Notes under the pieces: model-generated | Database searches by the model: none | The model's input: only the letters and a program-made list of their open reading frames with translations | Told to the model about the DNA's origin: nothing | Source of the DNA: Chiloscyllium plagiosum | Lineage: Eukaryota | Direction: 5' to 3' | Length of the DNA: 64,000 nucleotides | Assembly: GCF_004010195.1 (NCBI RefSeq) | Contig: NC_057758.1 | Location: 2,306,417 to 2,370,416 of the forward strand | In this document: piece by piece, positions 38,170 through 50,349 of the stretch | How the letters are laid out: each line of letters begins with the position of its first letter | Numbering within the stretch: position 1 is the stretch's first letter | Program-made: the position numbers and the translations under genes

Positions 38170-41100
38170 ATGTCTCAGAACGTCGACTAGGGGACTGCCA
38201 GAAAGGTGAATCACTGATTTAAAAACTGACTTTGAGCATCGGGGACTTCAATTGTTGGTTCAGCAGCAGGAAGAGCTGGAGGGTCGACCAGTGAGCTGCC
38301 GGGAACGTGAATCACTGACTGAAAAACATACCAAGTGAACAGACAGACTGCACGCTGAGCAGGAGCAAACCCGAGACTGCTGAGTAAGTGAAGTTGGTGA
38401 ATATTTGGGGGGCTGTGTTATCTGATACACTACTTACATACTGTCTCCCACCCATCCTCCTCTAACCAAAACAATATATTCTGTGTGCCGGTTTGGTAAG
38501 GCAATTAGTTTTTCGTTCTTTATTTTTCAGAAGTCTCTTTGGAAATTTAGAATAGTGGGAATTGAAGTTTGGGCACTACAACGCTGCTCCTGCAGAATGT
38601 GGAAGGTAAGGCTCGCCAGTAGCTTCCGTGCTGACTTCATCTGCAGGAAGCGCACCAAACTCCAACTCCTCACAAATCGTGTTCGGCAGCTGGAAATGGA
38701 GCTGGATGAACTTTGGTTGTTTCGTGAGGCAGAGGGTGTTATTAAAAGGAGTTACAGGTAGGTAATCACACCAGGTAAAAGAAAAAAGGCAGATGGGTCA
38801 CAGTCAGGGAATGGAAAGGGAAACAGCAGACAGTGCAGGGATCCCTGCGGCCATTCCCTTCCACAACAATTTTATAATTTTGAATACAGTCGGGAGGGGC
38901 GGTTCACCAGGGGAAAGCCATGAGGTGTCTAGCACAGGGTCTGTCCCTGTTGCTCAGAAGGGAAGTGGGGAGAGGTGTAGTCATTAGGGATTTCATAGTT
39001 AGGCGGACAGATAGGAGATTCTGTGAGAACGAGAGACACTCATGTTTGGTGTGGTGTCTCCCAGGTGTCAGCGTTCGTGATGTTTTTGGGATTGTTGAGA
39101 GTGAGCGTAAACATACCCAAGTCGTGGTCCATGTAGACACTAACAACACTGGTCGGAAAAGGCATAGATATTTAAGGCAGAACTTCAAGGCGCTAGGGTA
39201 GAAGCTTCGAGCTAGAAACAACAGAGTTGCTATCTCTGGTTTATTGCCCGTGCCACGTGCTAGCGAGGTGAGGAATAAGGAGAGAGAGGGGTTCAACACG
39301 TAGCTACATGAATGGCGAAAGAGGGAGGGGTACGGATACCTGGATAATTGGGGCTCATTCTGAGGTAGATGGAACATCTATAAACAGGATGTTCGACACC
39401 TGAACCAGAGAGATACCAATACATTTGGCGGGGAGGAATTTGCTAATGGTCTTCGGGAAGGTTAAAATTAATTCAGCAGGTGGTTGGTAACCGAATCATT
39501 GTTACAGTGTACAGGAGGATGAGAGTGGTGAGGATAGAAATACGGGTTCAAGGTCGCAAGCAGTCAGGTGGTTTGAAGTGTGTCGACTTCAACGCCAGGA
39601 GAATCCAGGATAAGGTGAGTGAACGTACAGCATGGGTTAATTGCTTAGACATCGATGTTGTGGCCATTTCGGAGATGGTTGGTGCAGGTTCCAGGATTTA
39701 GACGTTTCAGAAAGAACATAAAAAATGGTAAAAGAGGGAGAGATATGGCATTTCTCGTTAAGTATAGTATTACCGTGGCAGAAACCACGCTTGAGGACTC
39801 GTCTACTGAGTATGTCGACTCAGGTTAGAAACAGGAAAGGAGAGCTCAACCTTTTGGGAGTTTTCTGCAAACCTCCAGAGCTGTAGCAGAAAGGGTAGCA
39901 AAGATGATTCTGGATAGGAGCGAGAGTAATAGGATAATTGTTATGGGGGTGGTGGCTTTAGGGTGGTTTCCAAACATTGACTGGAAGTAATATAGTTCGA
40001 GTAATTTAGATGGGTCAGTTTTTGTCCTATGCGCAGAGGGGTTTCCTGACACAGTATGCAGACAGGTCAACAAGGGTGAAGCCACAATTGATTTGGCCCT
40101 GGGTAATGAATCCGGCCAGGAGTTCAATCTGGAGGGTCATGAGCACTTTGGTGATAGTGACCACAGTTCGGTTATGTTTACTTTAGCGATGTGGTTTACT
40201 AAAGAATTTGAATCTCTTGTTAAGAGGAATAATAAGGCTTATTTTAGGATGAGACGTGAAGGCTCAGTTGGGGCGTTAGAGAGTTACAAGTTGTCAGGAA
40301 AGACCGAAAGAGAGAGCTAAGAAAATCCAGGTGGTGATATGAGAAGGCATTGTCGGATAGGACTATGGAAAATCCCAAAACTTTCAATAGGTATATCAGG
40401 AATCAAAGAAAGACTAACTAAGATTGGGGCCAATCAATCAGAGCAGTAGCAAGTTGTGCGTGGACACCAAGTAGATAGGCAAGCACTAAATGATTATCTT
40501 CGATCAGTATTCACACAATAACAAGACATTGTGGTCGAGGAGAATACTGTATTACTCGCTGTTACACTAGATGGGATTAAGGTTCACAAGGAGGAGGTGT
40601 TCGCATTTCTAGAAAGAATGATAATCGATATTTCATCTTGGTCGGATATAAGTTATCCCAGCATTTTCTGAAGACTTAGGGAGGAGATTGCAGCATCTTT
40701 GGCTCTGATCTTTATGTCGTCAACGGCGGCAGGAATAGTGCCAGAAGACTGGAGGATTGTAAACGTTGTCCCCTTGTTCAAGAAAGGGAGTAGGGACAAC
40801 CCTGGCAATTATAGACCAGTGAGCCTTACTTCGGTTGTGGGTAAAGTGTGGGAAGGATTACAAGATAAAACATTTATACTCATTTGGAAGGGAATAATTT
40901 GATTAGCGGTAGTCAACACAGTTTTGTGAAGGGTAATTTGTGCCTCACAAACCTTGTGGAGATTTCTAAGACCGTGGATGAGGGCAAAGCGGTTGATGTG
41001 ACGTTTTCTGGATTTCAGACATACATTTGATAAAGTTCCCCGCGGGAGGCTATTGCTGAAAATATAGAGACATGTGATTGAGGGTGATTTAATGGTTTGG

Positions 41101-42310
41101 ACAAAATTGATTGATGGGAAATGTTCATCCTGGAGATGAGTTACAAGTGGTGTTCCGCAGGGATCTGTTTTGGGGGCACTGTTTTTTAGTAATTTTTAGA
41201 AATGGGCAAAGCGGTTGATGTGACGTTTTCTGGATTTCAGACATACATTTGATAAAGTTCCCCGCGGGAGGCTATTGCTGAAAATATAGAGACATGGGAT
41301 TGAGGGTGATTTAATGGTTTGGACAAAATTGATTGATGGGAAATGTTACAAGTGGTGAGTTACAAGTGGTGTTCCGCAGGGATCTGTTTTGGGGGCACTG
41401 TTTTTTTGTAATTTTTAGAAATGATCTGTATGATGCTTTAGGACAGTAAAACTGCAGATGACACTAATGTTGGTAGAGTTGTAGGTTACAGAGGGACATA
41501 GGTGAGCTTTTGTGCTGGGTTGAGAGCTGGCAAATGGAGTTTAGTTAGAAAAGTGGTAGGTAATTCACTTTGGAAGGAACAAAACATTAATAAAGAGCAC
41601 TGGGCTAATGAAAAGATGTTTGGTAGTGTAACTGCGTAGGGAGATGTCAGTGTCCATTTTCATAGATCTCTGAGAGATGCCACCCAGGTTGATAGGTTTT
41701 TTAAGAAAGCAAAAAGTCTGCTAGCTTTTATTGGTCAAGGGATTGAATTTCGGAGTCATGTGGTCATGCTGCAGATGTACAAAATATTGGAGTATTGCAT
41801 GCAGTTCTGGTTTCCGCGTTATAGGAGTAATGTAGAAGGTTTGGAACGAGTTCAGAGGACATTTACTGTGATGTTGCCTGACATTGAGGGAAGGTATTGA
41901 GCAGAAAGCCGAAGGGACTTGAGGCTATTTTCGTCAGAGAGAAGAAGCTTGACAGGTGGCTTAATAGAGACATATAAGATAATCAGAGCATTCAATATGG
42001 TGGACAGTGAGTCTCTTTCCTAAGATGGTGATGGCTCGTATGAGGGGATGTCGCTTTAGTTATAGATATAGGAGTTATAGATATAGGACAGATGTCAGAG
42101 GTAATGTTTTTATTCAGATAGTAATATGCGTTTGGAATACCCTCCTGGCAATAGTAGTAGACTCGCCAAATTTAAGGACATTTAAATGATCATTGGATAG
42201 ACATGTGAATGAAAATGGAAAATTATAGGTTCGATGGGCTTCAGTTTGTTTTCACAGATCTGCACAACATTGAGGGCCAAAGGACCTGTATTGCACTGTA
42301 ATGTTTTATG
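38170..42310 (+). mobile_element. Near full-length decayed CR1 LINE (5'UTR, ORF1 zinc-finger/leucine-zipper and esterase, ORF2, tail)
   Basis: CSCRMW...FICRK..LQLLTNRVRQLEMELDEL (38483-38761); VWCLPG...VVHVDTN (38920-39201); PEDWRIVNVVPLFKKG...NYRPVSLTS (40699-40902); ~220-bp tandem duplication at 40981-41420. Confidence 0.9.
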
Positions 42311-44018
42311 TTCCATTTTCCAATTTCAGCGCATTTCTTTTCTTGTAACTGCTCAGTTCCCCTGTTTTCTTCTGGTATTTCTACGACAATAGGCATCAAT
42401 CCAACGTGTGGTCAAGCTACACCATTTTCAAGAATAAACTATTCCTGGAATAGCCAATTTTTCCAATCCTCATGCTATCATTCCCCAGACTTGACTGTAC
42501 TTTTTAGCCTTAATTTACACAGGAGAACATTACTCTTTTCTCCATTTATACCTCAGATTTCCACTCTCTCGGGCAATATTTCAGAAGAAGTGCAAACCTT
42601 TTCATCTCTTATTATTAGAGACAGATCACCTCCCATAGCTCTCAATGTTTTAACTTATCTTCCTCAGTCCCCTGAATTAATCTTACACACACATGTGAAG
42701 TCTTTGAATACATCGAGTGCTAACATACTATCCAGCCCATAACGAGGCTGTGCATTCTGCTGCAGCTCTTCGAATTCTCGCAATATTTTCTTCATTATTT
42801 TAACTCATCCCATTTGTTCAGCGCCTTTTACCACATTCTTTTTCCCAGTGTCTTTCTTAAACTGCCAGTACTTTGACTTTGTGTGCCCCACCTTATTGCA
42901 ACGAAAACACGAGTTCTTTCATCTCTTTTCCAAACTCCTGGATTTCTTTATTTTTCATTATATGTGATAAATTGTTCCCAGTGTGATCTAATTTTTGCTT
43001 TTCATTGAAGGATCTTCCTCTTTCCCAATTTCTAGCCCTCACGGAATGAAATTCCATTCTGAAGCTAGATTTAGATTTGTGCCCTAATACATATTCATCC
43101 GCCATCGCTGCAGCTCTTCTCGCTGTTATAACTTCCGGCTCCTCAGCATGAGTTCTTATCATTTCTGTAGGTAAGTTTGCAAACTCGATAAGCAGAATGA
43201 TACCTCTAAGAGCCTAAAGCGTCTTTTCTATCTTTAATGCTCTCATCAATTTATCAGAGTTGCTTTGTTTAATTCTTTCAAACTTGATATAAGTCTGACT
43301 TGGTTCCTTTCATAAATGTTTGATACGCTGTTGATGTGCTCTGGTACCAATTCGTAAGTACTCAAAATAGCCTCTTATTTTAAAAAAGTCATTTTTTTAT
43401 CATTCTCTTCTGATACATCTTGCAAAAAAATCATTAGCTCTAACTTTATTTAGATCAACAAAACCCACCTTGTCTCTGGCCAGTTAATCTGTGTCGCCAC
43501 TTTCTCAAAGGCGAACCCTTTGAACCCGATGCAAATAGCAAAATGATAAGAAATTTATTGAGTCTCATAAAACCTCGATTCTCTGTTTATTTCCTATTAC
43601 AGTCCAATCTTAATTATAAAGAAATCTCAATCATCTGCGTTAATAGACACATATTCATACTGATTCTTTACTGAAGCAGGAAACGTGCAACCTAGTTTTA
43701 GTTATTTTTATGCACCGGGAAGAAGAAGGTTGAGGAAGTGAGATCATTAAATCATCGCATCTATTAAGGTTAACAGTTGAATGGAGTCTCACAAGGAATA
43801 CAACCTGACAATGACAAAACTCCAGCAAGCACATATTTAGTGATGTCTGCTCGATTCGAGCGAATCACCCACATGTAGATAATTAACAACGATTGTTCCT
43901 CTCAGTAACAAAATATCAGCGCTCTTAGGTGTGGTACTCTATGTTTGAAAGTAATCAGTGCAATTTGGCATTGACTGACACGCAGTAATGGGCGGAACTG
44001 AGAATTGCAAGTGCTGGA

Positions 44019-44204
44019 GATCAGATTGGTGCTGGAAAATTTAGTAGTTGAGGCAGTATCCAGAAAGCAGGAATATCGACGTTTCGGGCAGGTGCCCCTC
44101 ATCAGGAAAACCCTTCCTGATGAAGGGATCTTGCCTGAAACGTCGATTTTCCTTCTCCTCGGATGCGACCTGACTTGCTGTGCTTTTCCATCACCAATCT
44201 AATC
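44019..44204. mobile_element. Palindromic pair of Penelope tails (MITE-like hairpin)
   Basis: Imperfect ~90-bp inverted arms centred at ~44110; each arm carries CTGATGA...GAAACGTC. Confidence 0.8.
44071..44110 (-). ncRNA. Minimal type I hammerhead ribozyme motif (Penelope-associated)
   Basis: Minus strand UUC-CUGAUGA-G-GGGC-ACCU-GCCC-GAAAC-GUC-GAUAUUC: intact core boxes, paired stem II, GUC triplet and a palindromic ACGU stem III. Confidence 0.6.
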
Positions 44205-44756
44205 GTGACACCCAGTAATACCTACTCTCAGATAACCTCCTGTCCCTGACTTTACAGTACAACCCGTTACATCGAAAGCAATAACTTTTCACAAGAAAAA
44301 CAATGCCTGTGGTCTAGAAAGCATTGAGCCATTATTTTTCTGCAGACAATGTCTTCGAATGAAATGTTCCATTGCCAGTGTAATAACTTTATGCTTTAGG
44401 GGAAGTCCACGGGCATACTGAAGTTGTTTAGTTTTTGCCCCCTTTGAGCACACATTTTACAACAGCCCATAAACTTTCCCATAAACATTCTCTGTATAGC
44501 TGAGGGACTTGTGTGCAGCTGTGGTCTCTGCACGATAGGAAGGATAAGATTTCATTGGAACGGATGCAGAAGAGAATCACCAGACTGTTTTCTGGTCCAG
44601 AGTGTTAGCTATGATGACAGGCTGGATAATATTTGGTTATTTCTCTGAAACAAGGAAGTCAGAGAGCGAAGCTAACAACGGTGCATCTGTTTGCGACAGG
44701 CATGGGTACAGTGAGTAGAAAGCAGCTTCTCCCTGTTGTGAAAGCAAAGGTAGACG

Positions 44757-44875
44757 GGGTACGTGGCTCTTGTGGTGTAGAGACAGTATCCCTTGTTGAG
44801 CTAGGAGGCCTAGGTTCAAGTCCGACTTGCTTCAGAAGTATACACTAGCATCTCTGAACAGGTTGATTAGAAAGA
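44757..44875 (+). mobile_element. Short tRNA-derived SINE
   Basis: A box TGGTGTAGAG and B box GGTTCAAGTCC; no cloverleaf closure; short unique 3' body. Confidence 0.5.
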
Positions 44876-46164
44876 TAGGATATCTTGTTTTAAAAGCAAG
44901 GGGCGCACTTTCAGAGAACAGAGGAGATATAAGGCTATTTTTCGCAAAGATTGGTAGTGGTGTTCTGGAATGTATTGGCTGTGAGGTTATTTGAGGGTTG
45001 CATCCTCACAAAAATAAAGAGCATTTGGATCAGTACTTGAAGTCTCAGAAAATTCAGGGCTGCATCAAACTGATCTTTGTGATGAACACTGAAGCTCAGT
45101 GGTTGCTAGGGGCTTTGAGATGGATATTATCTTTTCCAAACTACTTTAGCAATCGGCAGTGAATGCATTGTTGTGTATATGATAGCAGCATAAGTTTGTC
45201 CAACGTGTTTAGCCCAGAATGCAGTACTACGAATGTTTAGTATTTGGGTACCAGTCCATTACCAACAGAAACATAGAAACTCTGAGCATTCGGCGTTTCA
45301 ATCTTGCTCTGTGAGAACTATATCGAACCCCTTCTTGAATGCTTTCAATGTTGCGCCCTCAATCATTTTCTATGGCAGAGAATTCCACTGACTCATCAGT
45401 GTCTCAGTGAAGACACCTCTCCTGATCTGCCTACTAAGTGTCCTACTTTGTATTCTTCCCTGGTCTGGACTCCAATCACCCCTGGTCTGGACTCCATGGT
45501 TTCTGGGAATATCAAACCAGTGTTAATTCTGTCTAGCCTTGTTGGAGTTTTATCGGTTTGTATGAGACACCCCCATCAATGTGGCAGGACTAGCTCCAAT
45601 GGGAAGTGGCGGGGGCAGTATTTCGTGATCAAATTCTTTGCAGGTCAATCAGCACGACCGTTTGAGTGCCTTCACTGATGGCATCAGGGAGTTAGTGTTG
45701 AATGGGTTGTGGTTTGGGACCCCCTCTTTCTCATGATCTGTTGGATGATAATGACACTTGCTACGTGGAGCGCAGTCTTTACTGTGATACTGTCTCAGTG
45801 CCTTTGCGAACGAACAGTGGAACATGTGTCCAGTATTAAAGAACCCACCATCTTGTTGACCTGTATCCACACGCTGGGCACATCTTGGCAAAACAATTTC
45901 CTTCTTCTCCCGATTCATCTCCAGAAGGTTGGCTACGTTTCCATTTTGGGCGAAATGCTTCTAGTTCTGCAGACAACGACAGGGTCTTTTTCTCACTGTT
46001 GAGTAGCCATTTTCGTGCGCTCTCTCTCTTTCTCTCTCTGTCAAGGTGGTCTCACTCGGATACTGCTTTTAATCCTGCCCTCAGCCCTCTTTTTGACATA
46101 AAAGCCTGGGGTTAAGTAAATGGCCAAAGTGGGGTGAGAGATGCAGGGTTTGTAGGCCATGACC

Positions 46165-46490
46165 GAATGGTTATATCACTAGAGTATTAATCCAGAGATT
46201 CAGGTTAAGCATTGCGTCTCATTTTCGAATCCACCCCTCATGGGTTTTGCAGTGAATAACACTTGGTATGAAGTGTTTAATGCCGGGCACGAAGCCATTG
46301 TTAATCATCTTATAATCCCATCTTGCTCAGTAATGTTACTAGGAAGGCAATGTACCATCGTTAAGCAATCTGGCCTCCAGACCTATAGCAATGGAGTTTA
46401 TTCTTAAATGACCACTCGTGCAATTAGGCTTGGGAACAATAAATGCTGCACTGGCCAGCGATACTCATGTACATGTGATTGAATAAAAGG
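46165..46490 (+). mobile_element. Decayed tRNA-derived SINE sharing the 3' tail of the Zenon-like LINE
   Basis: TTCGAATCC B box ~46226; tail GCAATTAGG...AATAAATGCTG...GCCAGCGA...TGAATAAAA resembles 37760-37828; older copy at ~20780-21110. Confidence 0.5.
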
Positions 46491-47009
46491 AATACGGTAG
46501 CCCTAGTTTGTATAAACATCCTGCACTGTCCAGCAGCTTCATAACATCTCAACAAACATCGTGAGATCCTTTCGTTCTTTCCTTTTAGGAGCCGGTGTTA
46601 TCCATTTCGGAGAGGTCCATGTTTTCACCTCAATGTCATTTTTTTGTGAATGGCGGGTTGCGGGAAGATGTCTCTGTGGCTCCACCACCACACTCCTGAC
46701 TAGTTTCTGCTCCCAATAAACACTTTTTCTCTCGATCTATTCCAGTCGCCAATTTCTCACTTCTCCCTTTCTTGACTTTGCTGTCTATCTTTCTCACCTC
46801 TTGGCTACACCAAGGTAACCGTGTCATCCACTAAGGGGTGAGTTGCGTCCAATTGAGAACAATTTGATTTTACCTGCTGTACCCTATCTTCAGCATTTTC
46901 AAGAACATAAGATTATCCCAGCAACAATCGTTCAACTGGGTGATTGTGTTGTCCGCTTTGTTTCTCCGACCGAGGCGTTTAGCTGTTTTATTTGAGTTCT
47001 AGTGCTCTT

Positions 47010-49275
47010 GGGGGTGGGGGGCTTTAAACTAACTCTGCAGGGGCATGGGAAGCCAGACTGCAGCTTTAGGGTGCAGGACCTGGAGTGTACGGAGGTTAGG
47101 AACATGGCATCAATTTCAAGGGAGGGTGCCCGTAAACAGGAAAGTGGCTTTAAGTGTGTATACTTCAATGCAAGAAGTATACAAAATAAGGTAGGTGAAC
47201 TTGCAGCGTGGGTTGGTACCTGGGACTTCGATGTTGTGGCTATTACGGAGACATGGGTAGAACAGGGACAGGATTGGCTGTTGCAGGTCCAAGGATTCAA
47301 ATGTTTTAGTAGGGTCAGAGGTGGGGGTAAAAGAGGGGGAGAAGACTCGTCATCTGAGGTAGTTTGGACTGAGGTGAGGAATAGGAAAGGTGAGCTCACC
47401 CTGTTAGGAGTTTTTTACAGGCCTCCTAATAGTCCTAGAAACGTAGAAGAAAGAATTGCGAGGATGATTCAAGAGAAGAGGGAAAGTAATAGGGTGGTTG
47501 TTATGGGGGACTTTAACTTTCCAGATATTGACTGGGAAAGCTATAGCTCGATTACTCTAGTGATGGAGAGGGATACGTGTGCACTACAGGGCAAGAGTAA
47601 TAGCTGGGGGCAGGGAAATTATGATGCGGTGAGGCATGACTTAGGATGTGTGGCTTGGAAAAGTAAGCTTCAAGGCAAGGGCGTAATTGATATGTTGAGC
47701 TTGTTCAAGGAGCAACTATTGAGTGTACTTGACAATATGTACCCGTCAGGCAGGGAGGAAAGGGTCGTGTGAGGGAGCCGTGGTTTAATAAGGAGTTGGA
47801 ATCCCTTGTTAAATGGAAGAGGGCGGCCTATGTAAAGATGAGGCGTGAAGGTTCAATTGGGGCGATTGAGAGTTTAAACTAGCCAGGAAGGACCTTAAGA
47901 GAGAGCTAAGAGCAGCAAGGAGGGGACATGAAAGGTCCTTAGTTGGGAGGATTAGGAAAAGCCTAAGGTTTTCTATAGGTCTGTCAGGAATAAAAGAATG
48001 ACTAGGGTAGGAATAGGTCCAGTCAAGGATAGGAGTGGGAAGTTGCGTATGGAGGCTGAAGAGATTGGGGAGACACTGAATGAATACTTTTCGTCAGGAG
48101 TAGTGCCAGAAGATTGGAGGCAAGCAAATGTGGTTCCCTTGTTCAAGAAGCAGAGTAGGGATAAACCTAGTAACTATAGGCTGGTGAGTTTCACTTCTGT
48201 TTTGGGCAAAGTCTTAGAGAGAATTGTAAGGGATAGGATTTATGAACATCTGGATAGGAATAATATGATCAAGGATAGTCAGCATGGTTTTGTGAAGGAC
48301 AGGTCGCGCCTCACAAACCTTATTGAATTCTTTGAGAAGGTGACTAAGGAGGTGGACGAGGGGAAAGCGGTAGATGTGGTGTATATGGATTTTAGTAAGG
48401 CGTTTGATAAGGTTCCCCATGGTAGACTACTGCAAAATATGCGGAGGTATGGCATTGAGGGTGAGTTGGAGGTTTGGATAAGGAGTTGGATGGCTGGAAG
48501 AAGACAGAGGGTAGGAGTTGATGGCAAAGGTTCATCTTGGAGTGCCGTCACCAGCGGTGTTCCGCAAGGATCTGTTTTGGGACCATTGCTGTTTGTCATT
48601 TTTATAAATGACCTGGAGGAGGGGTTAGAAGGTTGGGTGAGCAAGTTTGCGGATGATACGAAAGTCGGAGGAGTGGTAGACAGTGAGGAAGGATGTGGCA
48701 GGTTACAGCGGGATATAGAGAAGCTGCAGAACTGGGCAGAAAGGTGGCAAATGGAGTCCAATGTAGCTAAGTGTGAGGTGATTCACTTTAGTAAGAGTAA
48801 CAAAAAGATGGGGTACTGGGCTAACGGTCAGATACTTGGTAGTGTGGATGAGCAGAGGGATCTTGGTGTCCATGTACACAGATCTTTCAAAGTTATAGTA
48901 AATAGTGCGGTGAAGAAGGCATATGGCGTACTGGCTTTTATTGGTAGAGGAATTGAGTTCCGGAGTACTGAGGTCATGTTGCAGTTGTATAAGACTCTGG
49001 TTCAGCTATTACAAGTGGGCATAGCTTTAAATTAAGGGGGGGGGGGTAGGTATAGGACAGATGTTAGGGGTAGGTTCTTTACTCAGCGAGTCGTGAGTTC
49101 ATGGAATGCCCTGCCAGTAGCAGTGGTGGACTCTCCCTCATTATGGGCATTTAAGCGGGCATTGGATAGGCATATGGAAGATAGTGGGCTAGTGCAGGTT
49201 AGGTGGGCTTGGATCGGCGCAACATCGAGGGCCGAAGGGCCTGTACTGTGCTGTATTCTTCTATGTTCTATGTTC
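47010..49275 (+). mobile_element. CR1 LINE ORF2 copy with several internal deletions
   Basis: ORF 47002-47772 APE (YFNARSI, ITETW, YRPP, GDFN); ORF 47998-49035 RT (DFSKAFDKVPH, GVPQGS, FADDTK); (TTCTATG)n tail. Confidence 0.93.
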
Positions 49276-49861
49276 TCCCAAGTCCAACTGAACTCCTTTG
49301 CCTTCTTTGGCTAGTTTTGTTTACATCTCTAAGATGTATGCCCTCGATTTTAGCCACACTCTTTTTGTCCGCCTCCCATTTTTCAATCAAGTCTGAATTC
49401 TTATCAAGGAGGTGTCTGATTTAATTGGAACAGGATCTGAATGCTTGCTTTATGATGCCAATATCTAACACTTCCTCCACCTTATTCTCATCATCCATGT
49501 TGGTGTTGTTCTGTTACGGGATCTCTGGAGTGTCCATCTATTTCTCAGCTGGAGAGAAAGAATTATCACCTTGCCCCATCTGTGCTGTCTCTGTTTCTAT
49601 AGGTGAACGGGTGGATTTCACCCCTTGTCCCATCATACTCTATTGCTTCATTGGCTGATGTAATCTGTAGTTTGTCGACTGTGGCATTTAAAATTATTAT
49701 CTAAATAATTAAGAAATATCTTCAGGCCTCCCACTTCTGTCAGCCATTTAAGCAGTGAGTTCTGGATACACACATTTAGTTGACGCCTTTCCCTTCGCTC
49801 GCCTAAGGTATTTATTTTCCTTCACTTAAATCAATGCCCTCGTGGTAATTGATTAGAGTCA

Positions 49862-50180
49862 GAGAATCATAGAGATGTACAGCATAGAAGCAGACCCTTC
49901 GGTCCAACGCGTCCATGCCGACCAGATATCCCAACCCAATCTAATCCCACCACTCCATCAAGAGAAATATTTATTCTGTCTACCCAGATAAACCCTGCCA
50001 GATCCTCCAAAGACGATAACCACGATAAATCTAGTCCCATCGGCCAGCATTTGGTCCATTTCCCTCTAAACCCTTCGTTTCTTTTCACCCATCCAGACAC
50101 GTTTTTTAAATGCTGTATTCATACCAGTCTCCACCACTTCCTCTGGTCCTTCATTCCATACACAAATCACCCTCTGCGAA
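49862..50180 (-). mobile_element. CR1 3' tail fragment
   Basis: CATAGAGATGTACAGCA...AGACCCTTCGGTCCAAC, same tail as 6093-6577. Confidence 0.75.
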
Positions 50181-50349
50181 ACGTAGGCGCGCTTATTTTT
50201 GTGTGAGAGAAAAAGAAGCTGTTAATGAAATTATTTACAAGGGATTTCGCCCCACATCTTTGCAAGAACAGAAAACTATCACTGATTAAGCCATTCTACT
50301 TGAAATAGAATGGATATATACTGTTCGAATTTTTAGATATCTCAATTTT

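Larger units (their letters stand above)
33800..43560 (-). mobile_element. Internally deleted Gmr1-like Gypsy element (gag-PR // RH-PPT-3'LTR) split by nested insertions
   Basis: Gag (AAAMADEYVLGH) and protease region at 42310-43560; continuation at 38070-38170; RT-connection/RNase H N-terminus (APVLAMP...VATDAS...GAVLLQ) at 37840-38060; RNase H C-terminus (ALQHFNVY...YTDHNPL) at 34942-35195; purine tract ~34640-34665; LTR-like ~33800-34635. Confidence 0.75.

Noticed and set aside
44757..44830. tRNA-like A and B boxes here and at 8520-8595, 29730-29815 and 58190-58270
   Set aside because: These are SINE heads; no complete cloverleaf or acceptor stem could be formed.
45649..46002. Hydrophobic 97-aa ORF considered as the missing GPCR exon 2 or a transposase fragment
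   Set aside because: It lacks the GPR139-family TM2/TM3 motifs, is far too short, and could not be assigned.
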